In this document: piece after piece, positions 27,489 to 37,044 of the stretch
Numbering within the stretch: position 1 is the stretch's first letter
How the letters are laid out: each line of letters opens with the position of its first letter
Source: Anaerolineae bacterium
GTDB lineage: Bacteria; Chloroflexota; Anaerolineae; B4-G1; DUEL01
Direction: 5' to 3'
Length of the DNA: 64,000 nucleotides
NCBI GenBank assembly: GCA_036172315.1
Contig: JASFBC010000093.1
Span: 27,108-91,107 of the forward strand
Position numbers and translations under genes: made by a program
Notes under the pieces: generated by a model
Seen by the model: only the letters and a program-made list of their open reading frames with translations
Told to the model about the DNA's origin: nothing
Databases searched by the model: none

Positions 27489-27616
27489 CGGGGTGCGGTC
27501 AAAGTCGGCGTCCAAATTGACCAGTGGGAGGCCGTACTTCTCCAGCGTTCCGCCTCGTCAGCCCGCTCCTGGTCCAGCAACAGTTCCAGTAAGATATTGG
27601 TGTCAAGCAGATACAC
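27434..27616 (-). pseudogene. Truncated VapC-like PIN-domain toxin remnant
   Basis: N-terminus MYLLDTNILLELLLDQERADEAER is a PIN start. The frame collapses after about 25 aa, and a PIN-like C-terminal fragment (LPLVNLDADFDRTP) sits in another frame. Confidence 0.5.
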
Positions 27617-27752
27617 CGGCCCACCGATCCCGAATTTGATGCTGGAGTTCTACATCCACCTCCTCCACCGCGCGGTCTGTATTTTAACACACTCTGGAAG
27701 AGTTGCCAATCGCGGAGGTTCTGATATACTTGCCCTGTGCAGGAGGAGAGCC

Positions 27753-28490
27753 GTGAAACTTTCTGTGATCATGCCCGTCTACAACGAAATCGGTACCATT
27801 CGGGAGATTCTCCGCCGGGTGCGCGCCGTCCCGCTGACCGTCTCCATCGGCTACGGGCCCCAAAATGGGGAGGTAGTGAAACTGGAGCGGGAGGTCGTCA
27901 TTGTGGACGATGGTTCCACCGACGGGACGCGCGAGGTCCTGCGGGAGTATGAAGGGGAGCCGGACATCCGGGTGATCTACCACGAACGGAATCAGGGGAA
28001 GGGTGCGGCGGTCCGTACCGGACTGGACCACGCCACCGGCGACATCTTCATCGTCCAGGACGCCGACCTGGAATATGACCCCCGGGACTACCCGGCCCTG
28101 CTCCGGCCCATTCTGGAAGGGCGCGCTCAGGTGGTGTACGGCTCCCGCTTCCGGGGCGGTCCCACGAAGGCCATGTTTTTCTGGCACATGGTCGGCAACC
28201 GCTTCCTCACCCTGGTCACCAATATCCTCTACGACTCCATCCTCACCGATATGGAGACGGGGTACAAGATGTTCACCCGTGAGGTGGCCGGGAAGTTGCG
28301 CCTGACCGAGCGGGGCTGGGGGTTTGACCCCGAGATTACGGCCCAGATTCTCCGGCGAGGCTACCGCATCTACGAAGTACCCATCTCTTACACGGGTCGG
28401 GAGTTCACCGAGGGGAAGAAAATCTCCTGGAAGGACGCTTTCACTGTTCTGAAGACTCTGTTTCGCTGTCGGTTCCAGCGGCTGGAATGA
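27753..28490 (+). CDS. Family-2 glycosyltransferase (polyprenol-phosphate sugar transferase type)
   Basis: VKLSVIMPVYNE...VVIVDDGSTDGT...QDADLEYDP. GTG 27753 has RBS AGGAGGAGAG; the long upstream ORF-track extension is antisense to cooC. Confidence 0.85.
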   Translation: MKLSVIMPVYNEIGTIREILRRVRAVPLTVSIGYGPQNGEVVKLEREVVIVDDGSTDGTREVLREYEGEPDIRVIYHERNQGKGAAVRTGLDHATGDIFIVQDADLEYDPRDYPALLRPILEGRAQVVYGSRFRGGPTKAMFFWHMVGNRFLTLVTNILYDSILTDMETGYKMFTREVAGKLRLTERGWGFDPEITAQILRRGYRIYEVPISYTGREFTEGKKISWKDAFTVLKTLFRCRFQRLE

Positions 28491-31264
28491 CAAACCCTCG
28501 TCCGTCCGTGTTGATCCGCGTCCCCTGGGGCGACCGGCTCGCCGGGGGCGGGGCAATCCTGGCCCTGGGTCTGCTGATCCTGCTGGCTTTCTGGCCCATC
28601 GGCCCGGCGGGCCGGGTGATTGCCGGCGGAGACCTTTTCACTTACTTCTATCCGTACTGGGCCGAGGGGGCGCGGGCGCTGAGGGCCGGACGGTTGCCCC
28701 TCTGGAATCCGTATCTCTTTATGGGCGTCCCCCTTCTGGCCAACAGCCAGGCCGGAGTCCTCTATCCCCTCAATTGGCCTCTCTGGCTCCTCCTTCCGCC
28801 CCACGCCGCGCTCCACTGGAGCGCGCTTCTCCACCTCTGGCTGGCGGGAAGCGGGACCTATCTCTACGCCCGCGCGGCGCTGCGTGTAGGACGGCTGGGG
28901 GCATGGGCGGCCGGGGTTGCATTTGCCCTGGGCGGATACCTGGGCGCGCAGGTGGAACACGTCAACCAGTTACAGGCGCTTTCCTGGTTTCCCTGGGCCT
29001 TGCTTCTCTACGAACGGGCAGTGGATCGGGGGGACGGTCGCTGTTGGCGGGGCGCGCTCGGTGGATTGGCCATCGGCATCGGGCTGATGCTGCTGGCCGG
29101 GCATACCCAGTCCGCCTTCATCGGACTGATGGGGCTGGGGGTCAACGCGCTGATCCCCCGCCCGAGGGTGCCCCTGGGCCGCCGCCTGGGCGTCCTGGCC
29201 GGGGCGGCAGCGCTGGGGGCCCTGCTGGCGGCGGTGCAACTGATCCCTACCGCCGAACTGGCCCGCTACTCCGTCCGTAGCGGTGGCCTCCCTTTCAACG
29301 AGCGGGTCTCCTTCTCCCTCTCACCCCTCTACCTGGCCCGCGCGCTCCTCCCCGGCTACGGCCAGCCCGTCGCGCCGGAGCATCTGGAGTACGTCGCCTT
29401 TATCGGCGTCACCGGCCTTCTCCTCGCCCTTCACGCTTCCCGTTTCACCCTTCAACTTCCCCCTCTCTGGCTCTCCCTCTCCGGCCTCTTCCTGGCCCTG
29501 GGCCTCTACAACCCCCTTTATCTCCTCCTAGCCCGCTTCGTGCCGGGGTTTGCCCACTTCCGCGCCCCGGCCCGCTGGCTGGCCCTCTGGGCCTTTGGCG
29601 CCGCCGCGCTGGCCGGTATCGGCTTAGACCGGGTCGCTGCGGCGCAAGGCAAGATAGATCGCAAGATTTATCTGGCGCTGCTGGTGTTTTCCCTATGGGG
29701 GGCGCCGAGAGGCCAGGCCGACCGGCTGACCATCGCCCTCTGGCCGGCGGCAGCCGTGTTGGGCGGGGTGCTCCTGACCCTGAGCCGCCGCTTTCCCCGT
29801 CCCGCCGCGCTGGGACTGGTTGCGCTTCTCCTGGCGGAACTCCTCCTCGCTGCCCGTACCCTCCCCTATGCCCGCGCCACTGCACCGGAGGCCTATACCT
29901 CCCTCCGCCCCGCCACTGCTCACCTCCTGGCATCAGGCAGAGGGAAGCACCCGCCCGACCGTTTTCTCAGCCTCTCCGCCCTGGCCTTTGACCCCGGCGA
30001 TAAGCCCGAACTGGAGATCATCTATAGCCCGCAGTTGAGCCGGGACGCTGTCTACAGCCTCCTGATCGCCGCCAAACACCGGGAAGTCCTCTCCCCCAAC
30101 CTGCCCCTGGCCTTTCGCGTCCCGGCAGTGGACGGATACGACGGCGGCCTCCTGCCGCTGGCCCGCTACGTTGCCCTGGAGCGGGCTTTCCTGCCCGAGG
30201 AGGCTGTCTCCATAGACGGACGGCTGCGGGAGAACCTGCGCACCGTCCCCGACGGCCGCTGGCTGAGTCTCCTCAACGTCCGCTACTTCATCACCGATAA
30301 GGTTTTTGACGCCTGGCTGGACGACGTCTTCTACGACCTCCAGTTCGGGGCCGATCTGACGGTGGGGGAGTCGGCGGCGGTGGCGGAGGTTCCCCCCTTT
30401 GAGGCGACCGCGCTGGGGCTGGTCAGTTATCTGGATGGGGCCGCCGCCCTGCCCGACGGGACCGTGGTGGGCTATGTGACGGTTGCCTTCGCCGACGGCG
30501 CAGTCCAGACCTTCCCGCTGCGGGCCGGTCAGGAGACGGCGGAGGGGGTATACGGGCCGGAGGTGGCCCACGCGCCCGCCCCCATCGGCGGCCACTTCTG
30601 GCCGGGCCGGCCCGAGGGGAACGACTACGCCGTCCGCCTGCGCTGGGACCGGGCCTCCCGCCCGACCGCCGTCTCCGTAGAGGTCACCCTCCCTCAAGGG
30701 CGGCTGGTGGTCCGGGGGCTCAGCCTGATAGACGAGCGCACGGGCGCCTTCCAGGCGCTGGTTATATCCGACCGGGGCCGCTTCCGTCTGGTCCACTCCG
30801 GCGACGTGAAGGTCTACGAGAACCTGGACCTCCTCCCGCGCGCGTTCGTCGTCCATCGGGCGCGGGTGCTGGACGCCTTTCCGGCCGATTTTGACCCGAC
30901 GGCCGAGATTATCGTAGAGGGCGGGCCGGAACTGGACGTGCATGCGGAGGGGCCCGAATCGGTGCGAATCACGGCCTACGAGCCGGAGCGTGTGGAGATA
31001 GAGGTGGAGATGACCGCGCCAGGGTATCTGATGCTGACCGATGCCCAATACCCGGGCTGGCGGGCCTGGGTGGACGGGTGGGAAACACCCATCGCGACGG
31101 CCGACCTCCTGTTCCGGGCTGTTTATCTGGGCCCCGGGCGGCATCGGGTGGAGTTCCGGTTTCAGCCCCGCTCGCTCCTGCTGGGCGCGGTGGTCAGCCT
31201 GGGGGCGGTGGTGGGGATGGCTACCGGATCCGCCCGCGGCTGCGGGGCTTCCCGGCCCCGGTAG
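28487..31264 (+). CDS. YfhO-family polytopic membrane protein (GT-C-like), partner of the GT2
   Basis: 925 aa with many TM segments and YfhO-type N-terminal motifs; the start overlaps the GT2 stop (ATGA). Confidence 0.8.
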   Translation: MTNPRPSVLIRVPWGDRLAGGGAILALGLLILLAFWPIGPAGRVIAGGDLFTYFYPYWAEGARALRAGRLPLWNPYLFMGVPLLANSQAGVLYPLNWPLWLLLPPHAALHWSALLHLWLAGSGTYLYARAALRVGRLGAWAAGVAFALGGYLGAQVEHVNQLQALSWFPWALLLYERAVDRGDGRCWRGALGGLAIGIGLMLLAGHTQSAFIGLMGLGVNALIPRPRVPLGRRLGVLAGAAALGALLAAVQLIPTAELARYSVRSGGLPFNERVSFSLSPLYLARALLPGYGQPVAPEHLEYVAFIGVTGLLLALHASRFTLQLPPLWLSLSGLFLALGLYNPLYLLLARFVPGFAHFRAPARWLALWAFGAAALAGIGLDRVAAAQGKIDRKIYLALLVFSLWGAPRGQADRLTIALWPAAAVLGGVLLTLSRRFPRPAALGLVALLLAELLLAARTLPYARATAPEAYTSLRPATAHLLASGRGKHPPDRFLSLSALAFDPGDKPELEIIYSPQLSRDAVYSLLIAAKHREVLSPNLPLAFRVPAVDGYDGGLLPLARYVALERAFLPEEAVSIDGRLRENLRTVPDGRWLSLLNVRYFITDKVFDAWLDDVFYDLQFGADLTVGESAAVAEVPPFEATALGLVSYLDGAAALPDGTVVGYVTVAFADGAVQTFPLRAGQETAEGVYGPEVAHAPAPIGGHFWPGRPEGNDYAVRLRWDRASRPTAVSVEVTLPQGRLVVRGLSLIDERTGAFQALVISDRGRFRLVHSGDVKVYENLDLLPRAFVVHRARVLDAFPADFDPTAEIIVEGGPELDVHAEGPESVRITAYEPERVEIEVEMTAPGYLMLTDAQYPGWRAWVDGWETPIATADLLFRAVYLGPGRHRVEFRFQPRSLLLGAVVSLGAVVGMATGSARGCGASRPR

Positions 31265-31271
31265 GGGAAGA

Positions 31272-31301
31272 GGCGGCGGTGGCCCGCAGGGCCGCCGCCG
31301 C
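31272..31301. repeat. GC hairpin element (copy 1 of 2)
   Basis: GGCGGCGGTGGCCCGCAGGGCCGCCGCCGC; a near-identical copy lies at 40259-40288. Confidence 0.7.
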
Positions 31302-31309
31302 AAAATCCA

Positions 31310-31555
31310 TCATTTCAGTAGTCGCACGACGATATTGAGAACGATGGTGAGCAGCAGGCTCAGGATGATGGATCCCAGAATGGGGATGACGCAGGTGAAC
31401 CCCGGCCGCTCAATGCGGAGCGTTCCGGGGAAATCCCCCACTCCGGCCAATCGGCCCATCAGCCAGATCAGGCCGCCGATAGCGGCCAGGACCAATCCCA
31501 AGAACACCATCCATTTCCCCAGCCATTCCATACCGTTCATATCTGCCTTCCCCAT
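31310..31555 (-). CDS. DUF2905-family small membrane protein
   Basis: FPGTLRIERPGFTCVIPILGSIILSLLLTIV matches the DUF2905 pattern. Confidence 0.7.
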   Translation of the reverse strand: MGKADMNGMEWLGKWMVFLGLVLAAIGGLIWLMGRLAGVGDFPGTLRIERPGFTCVIPILGSIILSLLLTIVLNIVVRLLK

Positions 31556-31558
31556 CCC

Positions 31559-32596
31559 CTACTCGGTTCGGGTGACTTTTTGCAGACCGCGCGGCTGATC
31601 CGGGTTCAGCCCCCGGGCCTGGGTCAGTCCCAGGGTGAAAAGTTGCCCCGGGACGACAGCGACCATCGGGGAGAGCCATTCGGGAATCCCCTCGGGCAGC
31701 GGGAGCGGGGTCTGTGCCAGGAAGAGAGCCTCTTCCAGCGCCGAGATGACCACCAGTTCCGCTTCCCGCTCCCGTAAACGGTGCAGAAAGTCCGCCATCT
31801 CGGCCGTCACTGCGCCCTCTGGCACGATAGCGATGACCGGGAACCCCTTCTCCACCAGCGCCACCGGGCCGTGCTGGAAATCGGCCGAGGAGTAGGGTTC
31901 AGCCAGGACGTAGGTCAGTTCCTTCAGTTTCAGGGCGATCTCATAGGCAGTGGCATAGTTATAGCCCCGGCTGACCACCACGCAGGACTCCATATACCGG
32001 TAGCGCGCACTGGCCCGAAGGATGTCCGGCGCTGAGGATACCACCCGGCGAAGGGCCTCCGGCACCGTCCGCAGGGCAGCAAACATCTCTGCATCCCCGG
32101 CCAGTGCGGCGCTGATCATCCCCAGGGCGAACAGAGAGGCCGTGTAAGTTTTGGTCGCTGCAACGCTCCGCTCGGCGCCGGCGTGGAGAGGAATGAGGAG
32201 TTCGGCGGCTTGCGCCAGCGGGGAGACCGGGTCGTTGGTCACCGCCAGCGTGAGGGCCCCCTGCCGCCGTCCTTCCTCCACCACGGCCACGATGTCGGGC
32301 GATTGGCCGGATTGGGAGACCGCGATGACCAGCGCATCAGCCAGACGGGGCGGACGGCGGTACAGGGTGAAGAGAGAGGGAGTTGCCAGCGCTACCGGCA
32401 AACCGTTCACGGCGCCCAGGAGGTACTGCCCGTAACGGGCGGCGTTATCGGAACTGCCGCGAGCGACCAGGACTGCAAAGCGCGGCGCGCGCTTCCGGAT
32501 CGCTTCGGCAACGGCTTTTACCGTCCCCTGCTCGTGCTCCATCAGCCGAGCCAGCACCTCCGGCTGTTCCAGAATCTCCTGCTCCAGATAGGACAT
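31559..32596 (-). CDS. SIS-domain sugar-phosphate isomerase/deaminase (GlmS C-terminal-like, AgaS/FrlB type)
   Basis: Two SIS modules, with VARGSSDNAARYGQY and VAVTNDPVSPLA motifs. Confidence 0.8.
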   Translation of the reverse strand: MSYLEQEILEQPEVLARLMEHEQGTVKAVAEAIRKRAPRFAVLVARGSSDNAARYGQYLLGAVNGLPVALATPSLFTLYRRPPRLADALVIAVSQSGQSPDIVAVVEEGRRQGALTLAVTNDPVSPLAQAAELLIPLHAGAERSVAATKTYTASLFALGMISAALAGDAEMFAALRTVPEALRRVVSSAPDILRASARYRYMESCVVVSRGYNYATAYEIALKLKELTYVLAEPYSSADFQHGPVALVEKGFPVIAIVPEGAVTAEMADFLHRLREREAELVVISALEEALFLAQTPLPLPEGIPEWLSPMVAVVPGQLFTLGLTQARGLNPDQPRGLQKVTRTE

Positions 32597-32612
32597 GCTC
32601 TCTCCTCAGCGG

Positions 32613-33467
32613 TTACCAGAATCTATCCCCGCCCAGCATCCGTCGGAGAAAGTGGTATATCGCATAGCACTCCATCGCGAACGGCGGGAAGCCCAGCATG
32701 CCCAGAATGGGCATCCGGAAGTAGTGGATTCCGAAATCCAGAGGCCATGGGATGGTATAGCGCCAGCCAGCCGTGGCCCAGTAGTTCCAGAATTCCCAGA
32801 GCAATCCGCAGACGCCCCCCGCTGTCAGCAGAAGCAACGCAGGGCGGGGATTCCCCTCTTCCCATTCCCGGTAGCAGGAGGGGGCTCCCAGTTGCCGATT
32901 CACCGGTTCCAGAAAGAGGACAAAGCCCGTCCAGACAAACATGAAGGTGAAGGGACGAGCCGGCGCGGGGAGGATGGGAGGAATTGTCAGGAAGGCGATC
33001 CCCAGCAGAAAGGAGAATGCGGCTCCGAAAGGCGTCATCGGTCGGGGCGAAGCCCGGACCCCTCGGAAGAGGCCCAGGCCGTCCAGCACGTCCGCCGTCT
33101 CAAAGATGGCGGGGAAAATGGTGGCGAAGGACCACAGGTAGGCCAGGTTTCGCTCCCATGGGTTCTCCGGCACGCCAACGTAGTACCAGTTGCCCAGGCG
33201 CAGGTTATAGAGTTCAAAGAGGAGCCAACTGCCCACGGAGAGCCAGGGCATCATCAGTGCTTGTCGCGGTTCGCTCCGGATCAGCGAACGCCCCCGCAGG
33301 CGAAAGGCGAGGGCATCGGCGAAGAGGATGTAGCCGGTCCAGACGATGGGGGTAAACCAGCGGGAGACGAAGGGCTGGCGGAGAATCAGGCCCGCCTCTG
33401 CTCCGATGACGATGAGAGCGCCGAGCCAGCCATAAAAGGGGAACCGAGCAGAAGACCGCTCTTCCAT
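32613..33467 (-). CDS. Integral membrane protein of unknown function
   Basis: 284 aa, Trp/Phe-rich, more than six TM helices. Confidence 0.65.
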   Translation of the reverse strand: MEERSSARFPFYGWLGALIVIGAEAGLILRQPFVSRWFTPIVWTGYILFADALAFRLRGRSLIRSEPRQALMMPWLSVGSWLLFELYNLRLGNWYYVGVPENPWERNLAYLWSFATIFPAIFETADVLDGLGLFRGVRASPRPMTPFGAAFSFLLGIAFLTIPPILPAPARPFTFMFVWTGFVLFLEPVNRQLGAPSCYREWEEGNPRPALLLLTAGGVCGLLWEFWNYWATAGWRYTIPWPLDFGIHYFRMPILGMLGFPPFAMECYAIYHFLRRMLGGDRFW

Positions 33468-33525
33468 GGGCTTTCACCCCCCGCATATAGCATAATAGCC
33501 CGGTGGAGCACCCGGGCTATGGAAG

Positions 33526-33597
33526 AGCGGGTGACGGGATTCGAACCCGTGGCATTCAGCTTGGGAAGCTGACGTTCTACCGCTGAACTACACCCGC
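33526..33597 (-). tRNA. tRNA-Gly (anticodon CCC)
   Basis: Minus-strand cloverleaf GCGGGTG-TA-GTTC..GAAC-G-TCAGC-TTCCCAA-GCTGA-ATGCC-ACGGG-TTCGAAT-CCCGT-CACCCGC-T, followed by a hairpin (TAGCCCGGGTG...CACCGGGCTAT). Confidence 0.85.
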
Positions 33598-33676
33598 TTT
33601 GGTTATAATTATAGCCGGGAGTGCTGAAAAGTCAAGTAGCCCTAAGGGCTTTTCAACTGCGGAACAATCACGCGGC

Positions 33677-35374
33677 CTATTCTCCCGCTACCCAGCCCGC
33701 ATTGGCGCGGTACAGCGTCCACATTTGGATCGGGGGGCAGGCTGCCACGTCCCTTATAGGAGTGACCCAGACATGGGCTGTTTCTCCCCTTATCTCCACT
33801 CGCTGAGCCTCGCCGCCCCGGTCCGCGACGGCTCGCGCGATGGCCAGGTACTCTGATGCTGAGGGGACGGAAAAATCCCCCTCCAGGGCCCGCTCCGCGC
33901 CGCCGATCAGAAGGGCGGCCTCGTTCAGAGCGCCCTGGCGAAGGGCTTCTTGGGCCGAGATGAACATCAGTTCTATCGCAATGGCGCGAGGGGAGCGCGG
34001 ACGCCGCAGGAAATCGGTGGTGATCCCTCGCCGTTTCCCCTCCGCTGCATCGGGGAACCATCCGCTCAGGAAGTGCGCCATCGGGTCCTTTGCCTGCTGG
34101 TAGCGGCGGATGGCGTCAAAGAGACGAATGGTCAATTCCACATCCTGCATCTCTTCCGGAGTGGTGGGTTGAGCGGATAACCATGCCCGAAAAGAGGATT
34201 CCACATCCTCCAACCCCAGGCCAAAGGAACGGCGCAGCGCCCTATCCAGCGCCTCAGGAGGCGGCGCAGGGGCCATTTCCTCCGGCCAGCGGTAGAAAGA
34301 GAGAAATCTCTCCCATCCGTAGGTCTCCACCAGATAGGCGACCAGGGCGGCGGCCTCCAGGTAGCCGATTTCGTGCTGGTGGCGATAGAAGTCCTCCACC
34401 AGTTCGGATAGCGGGATATACCGGTCCCCCCGGACCAGCGCACCCGCCCGCGAGGGGATGGATTCGGGCCGGTAGTGGCCTCCGGCGACCCATACGGCCA
34501 GACCTTCCTCCAGGAGAGCCGGTGTCATCGGGCCCGTCAGCGAGGCATCCAGCACGTGGGTCGCTTCATGGCGGAGGACGGTTTCCAGCCCCTCCCCGGT
34601 GTAGAGGCGATCCGGGTAGGAAAGGACAATGCCCCCCAGGACATATCCGCCCTGGCCCAGCACCCGCCCGATGAAGTACACCTCCAGCGGCGACGCCAGC
34701 CGGACGCCCAGCCGCTCCTGGACGAAGGCGACAGCGCGGTCGGTGGCCTGAGTCAGAACGGGCAGGTCCCGCTCGGCGCGGGTACAGGTCAGGTAGTAGA
34801 GTATGCAGCAGTGGGTGGTCGTCATCGCCCAGGTGGCCAGAGCCTCCGGGGCCGGGCGGGCGGCGTCGGCGATGAACCGGACGGTCAGCGTGACCACGTT
34901 GTTGGCCGGGTCCTCGTCTCCTGCCCGGATGCGGTCATCAGGGTCCAGGTGGACCACCAGGGTCTCCCGTCCTCCGGCATCCTGCGTATCCCAGGCCCAG
35001 GTCAGGTGGGCACGCGGCACCTCATCAAAGGCCGGATAGCCAACGGTCCCCTCGGCCAGAACTTGCCGCTCCGTCCCCTGGAGGCGGTAGATACGGACGG
35101 TCAGGTCTTCCGGCGAGATGGTGCCCAGATGGCGCGGGACGACCTCAAAGGAAATGATGTCGCCCCGGTAGAAGAGCCAGCGGCCCCCCGGTCCGGGGGC
35201 CGGCAGCGGGTAGAGGGTGACGTCTTCGGGGGTGAGGGAGAGGTCAGGAGGCGAAGGTGTGGGCGGGGTGGTGGGAAGCAGTCCGGTCAGAAACCCCGAA
35301 GGAGCACAAGCCAGGATAACCGTCACGAAAATGCCAGCGACGATCATCCGGGAACGGGTTATCCCCCACATCAT
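33677..35374 (-). CDS. Putative lipoprotein zinc metallopeptidase (HExxH)
   Basis: Lipobox-like ILAC after the signal peptide; HEATHVLD motif; 565 aa. Confidence 0.7.
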   Translation of the reverse strand: MMWGITRSRMIVAGIFVTVILACAPSGFLTGLLPTTPPTPSPPDLSLTPEDVTLYPLPAPGPGGRWLFYRGDIISFEVVPRHLGTISPEDLTVRIYRLQGTERQVLAEGTVGYPAFDEVPRAHLTWAWDTQDAGGRETLVVHLDPDDRIRAGDEDPANNVVTLTVRFIADAARPAPEALATWAMTTTHCCILYYLTCTRAERDLPVLTQATDRAVAFVQERLGVRLASPLEVYFIGRVLGQGGYVLGGIVLSYPDRLYTGEGLETVLRHEATHVLDASLTGPMTPALLEEGLAVWVAGGHYRPESIPSRAGALVRGDRYIPLSELVEDFYRHQHEIGYLEAAALVAYLVETYGWERFLSFYRWPEEMAPAPPPEALDRALRRSFGLGLEDVESSFRAWLSAQPTTPEEMQDVELTIRLFDAIRRYQQAKDPMAHFLSGWFPDAAEGKRRGITTDFLRRPRSPRAIAIELMFISAQEALRQGALNEAALLIGGAERALEGDFSVPSASEYLAIARAVADRGGEAQRVEIRGETAHVWVTPIRDVAACPPIQMWTLYRANAGWVAGE

Positions 35375-35394
35375 TATCCCTTACTCCTGCTTCT

Positions 35395-36210
35395 TTACAC
35401 CTCTTCCCCAAACCGGGGGCTGTATCGCAGGAAGACCAGGTAGCCGATAACCAGGACGATGAGCGATGTCACGGCCGTCCGCAGGAGAAAATCCCACGCG
35501 GTAGAGGTCCCCCAGTAGAGAAGGTCGCGGTACGAAGATATGATGGAGGCCATTGGATTCAGCCGCAGCAGCCAGGCCCGCACGTTGATGGAGACGCCCC
35601 ACAGGACGTACCGCTCTGGTACCGTAGTAAGGGGATAAAAGATGGGAGTGAGGAAGAACCAGGCCAGCAGGAGTACCTCCATAATCAGCCGGGTGTCCCG
35701 GTAAAAGACGTTCAGCGTGGCGGTGATGAATCCGACGCCGACGGTGAACATCAACTGAATCAGCAGGGTGACCGGGAATAGCAGGGCCCAGCCGGTCAGC
35801 GGATTCCCCATCGCCAGAGCCAGCAGGAAGAAAACGGGGAGGGAGATGAGGAAGTGGACCATGTTGCTCAGTACGGCGGAGAGGGGGAGCACCTCGCGGG
35901 GAAAATAGACCTTTTTGACCAGCGGGGCGGCGTCCACGATGCTATTGGTTGCCTGGGAGATGGCGTTGGTGAAAAAGTTCCAGGGCAACAGGGCACAGAG
36001 GATGAAGACGGGATAGTTGCGGAGATTGGAGTGGCCCGCCAGAATGTTGAAGACGACGGTATAGACAACCATCATCATCAGGGGGTTGACCCACGACCAG
36101 GCCACGCCCAAGATGGAGTTTTTATAGCGGGCCTTCAGGTCCCGGATGACCAGGTTGAGGACCAGGTCCCGGTACTGCCAGAGTTCTCGCAGGTGCTGGA
36201 GAAGGTCCAT
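35395..36210 (-). CDS. ABC-2-type transporter permease (Wzm/TagG-like)
   Basis: Six TM segments and ABC-2 signature region; no adjacent ATPase gene. Confidence 0.8.
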   Translation of the reverse strand: MDLLQHLRELWQYRDLVLNLVIRDLKARYKNSILGVAWSWVNPLMMMVVYTVVFNILAGHSNLRNYPVFILCALLPWNFFTNAISQATNSIVDAAPLVKKVYFPREVLPLSAVLSNMVHFLISLPVFFLLALAMGNPLTGWALLFPVTLLIQLMFTVGVGFITATLNVFYRDTRLIMEVLLLAWFFLTPIFYPLTTVPERYVLWGVSINVRAWLLRLNPMASIISSYRDLLYWGTSTAWDFLLRTAVTSLIVLVIGYLVFLRYSPRFGEEV

Positions 36211-36221
36211 TGTGCTGACGG

Positions 36222-36881
36222 TTATATCGGTTTGCCCTCTTCGGCGGCGATAGGAGTCTGGGCCCGGCGGATGTGCCGGTAGATGTAGTACGCCAGACCG
36301 GCCAGAAGGGCGATCGCGATGGGGATGTCAAAGGGGCGCATGATTTCCCGGATGCGCTCCCATTCGCTGCCGAATGCATGGCCTGCGGCGGCCAGTGCGG
36401 CGCACCAGATGAAGGAGCCGACGAAACTGAGAAGGGTGAATCGGGCAAACGGGACCCGGACAACGCCCGCCGGGAAGGAGATGAACGTACGCACGATGGG
36501 CAGGAGGCGGGAGATGAAGACGGCCCAGTCACCCCAGCGGGCGAACCAGCGGTCGGCCTGTTCCAGGTCGTGCTGGGAGATGAGGATGTATCGGCCCCAG
36601 CGCTGGAGAAAAGGGCGCCCTCCCCACATCCCCAGCAGGTAGGAGGCGATGGAGCCGACAGAGCATCCAAGTCCGCCGTAGAAACCGCCGTCCAGGATGG
36701 CCCGCCAGAACGGCAACCCTTTCGCCTGTACCAGCATCCATCCGGCCAGCGGCATAGTCACTTCGCTGGGGATGGGGATATTGGCGCTCTCCAGTGCCAT
36801 GATCAACACGACCCCGGGCCAGCCGATCGCGTTCAGCACGGAATGGAGAAATTCCACAATGGCGGTTTCTATCGCTTCCAT
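36222..36881 (-). CDS. DedA/VTT-domain membrane protein
   Basis: DedA motifs ...GWPGVVLIMALESANIPIPSE...GRPFLQRWGRY. Confidence 0.8.
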   Translation of the reverse strand: MEAIETAIVEFLHSVLNAIGWPGVVLIMALESANIPIPSEVTMPLAGWMLVQAKGLPFWRAILDGGFYGGLGCSVGSIASYLLGMWGGRPFLQRWGRYILISQHDLEQADRWFARWGDWAVFISRLLPIVRTFISFPAGVVRVPFARFTLLSFVGSFIWCAALAAAGHAFGSEWERIREIMRPFDIPIAIALLAGLAYYIYRHIRRAQTPIAAEEGKPI

Positions 36882-37044
36882 AAGACTCCTTGGGTATGGT
36901 GGATCTGCGGCTTTTCTCAGGCGGCTGGATTATACCATTTGGCCTCAGAGGGGGCAAATGGGCGGTTGCGCGTTTGAAAACTCCGGTGTACAATATAACC
37001 CGTTTGAGCCGACCCGATTTATCTCAAACGGAGGAAACGTCCCA

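Noticed and set aside
26637-28490. 617-aa plus-strand ORF spanning the cooC and VapC region
   Set aside because: Only the last 245 codons (from GTG 27753, with RBS) form the GT2 glycosyltransferase. The upstream part is antisense to cooC and non-homologous.
36697-37044. N-terminal extension of nuoB in the ORF track
   Set aside because: NuoB homology begins at MSPRKRELPEIPP (ATG 37045), which has a strong RBS. The upstream part overlaps the DedA gene region and the promoter.
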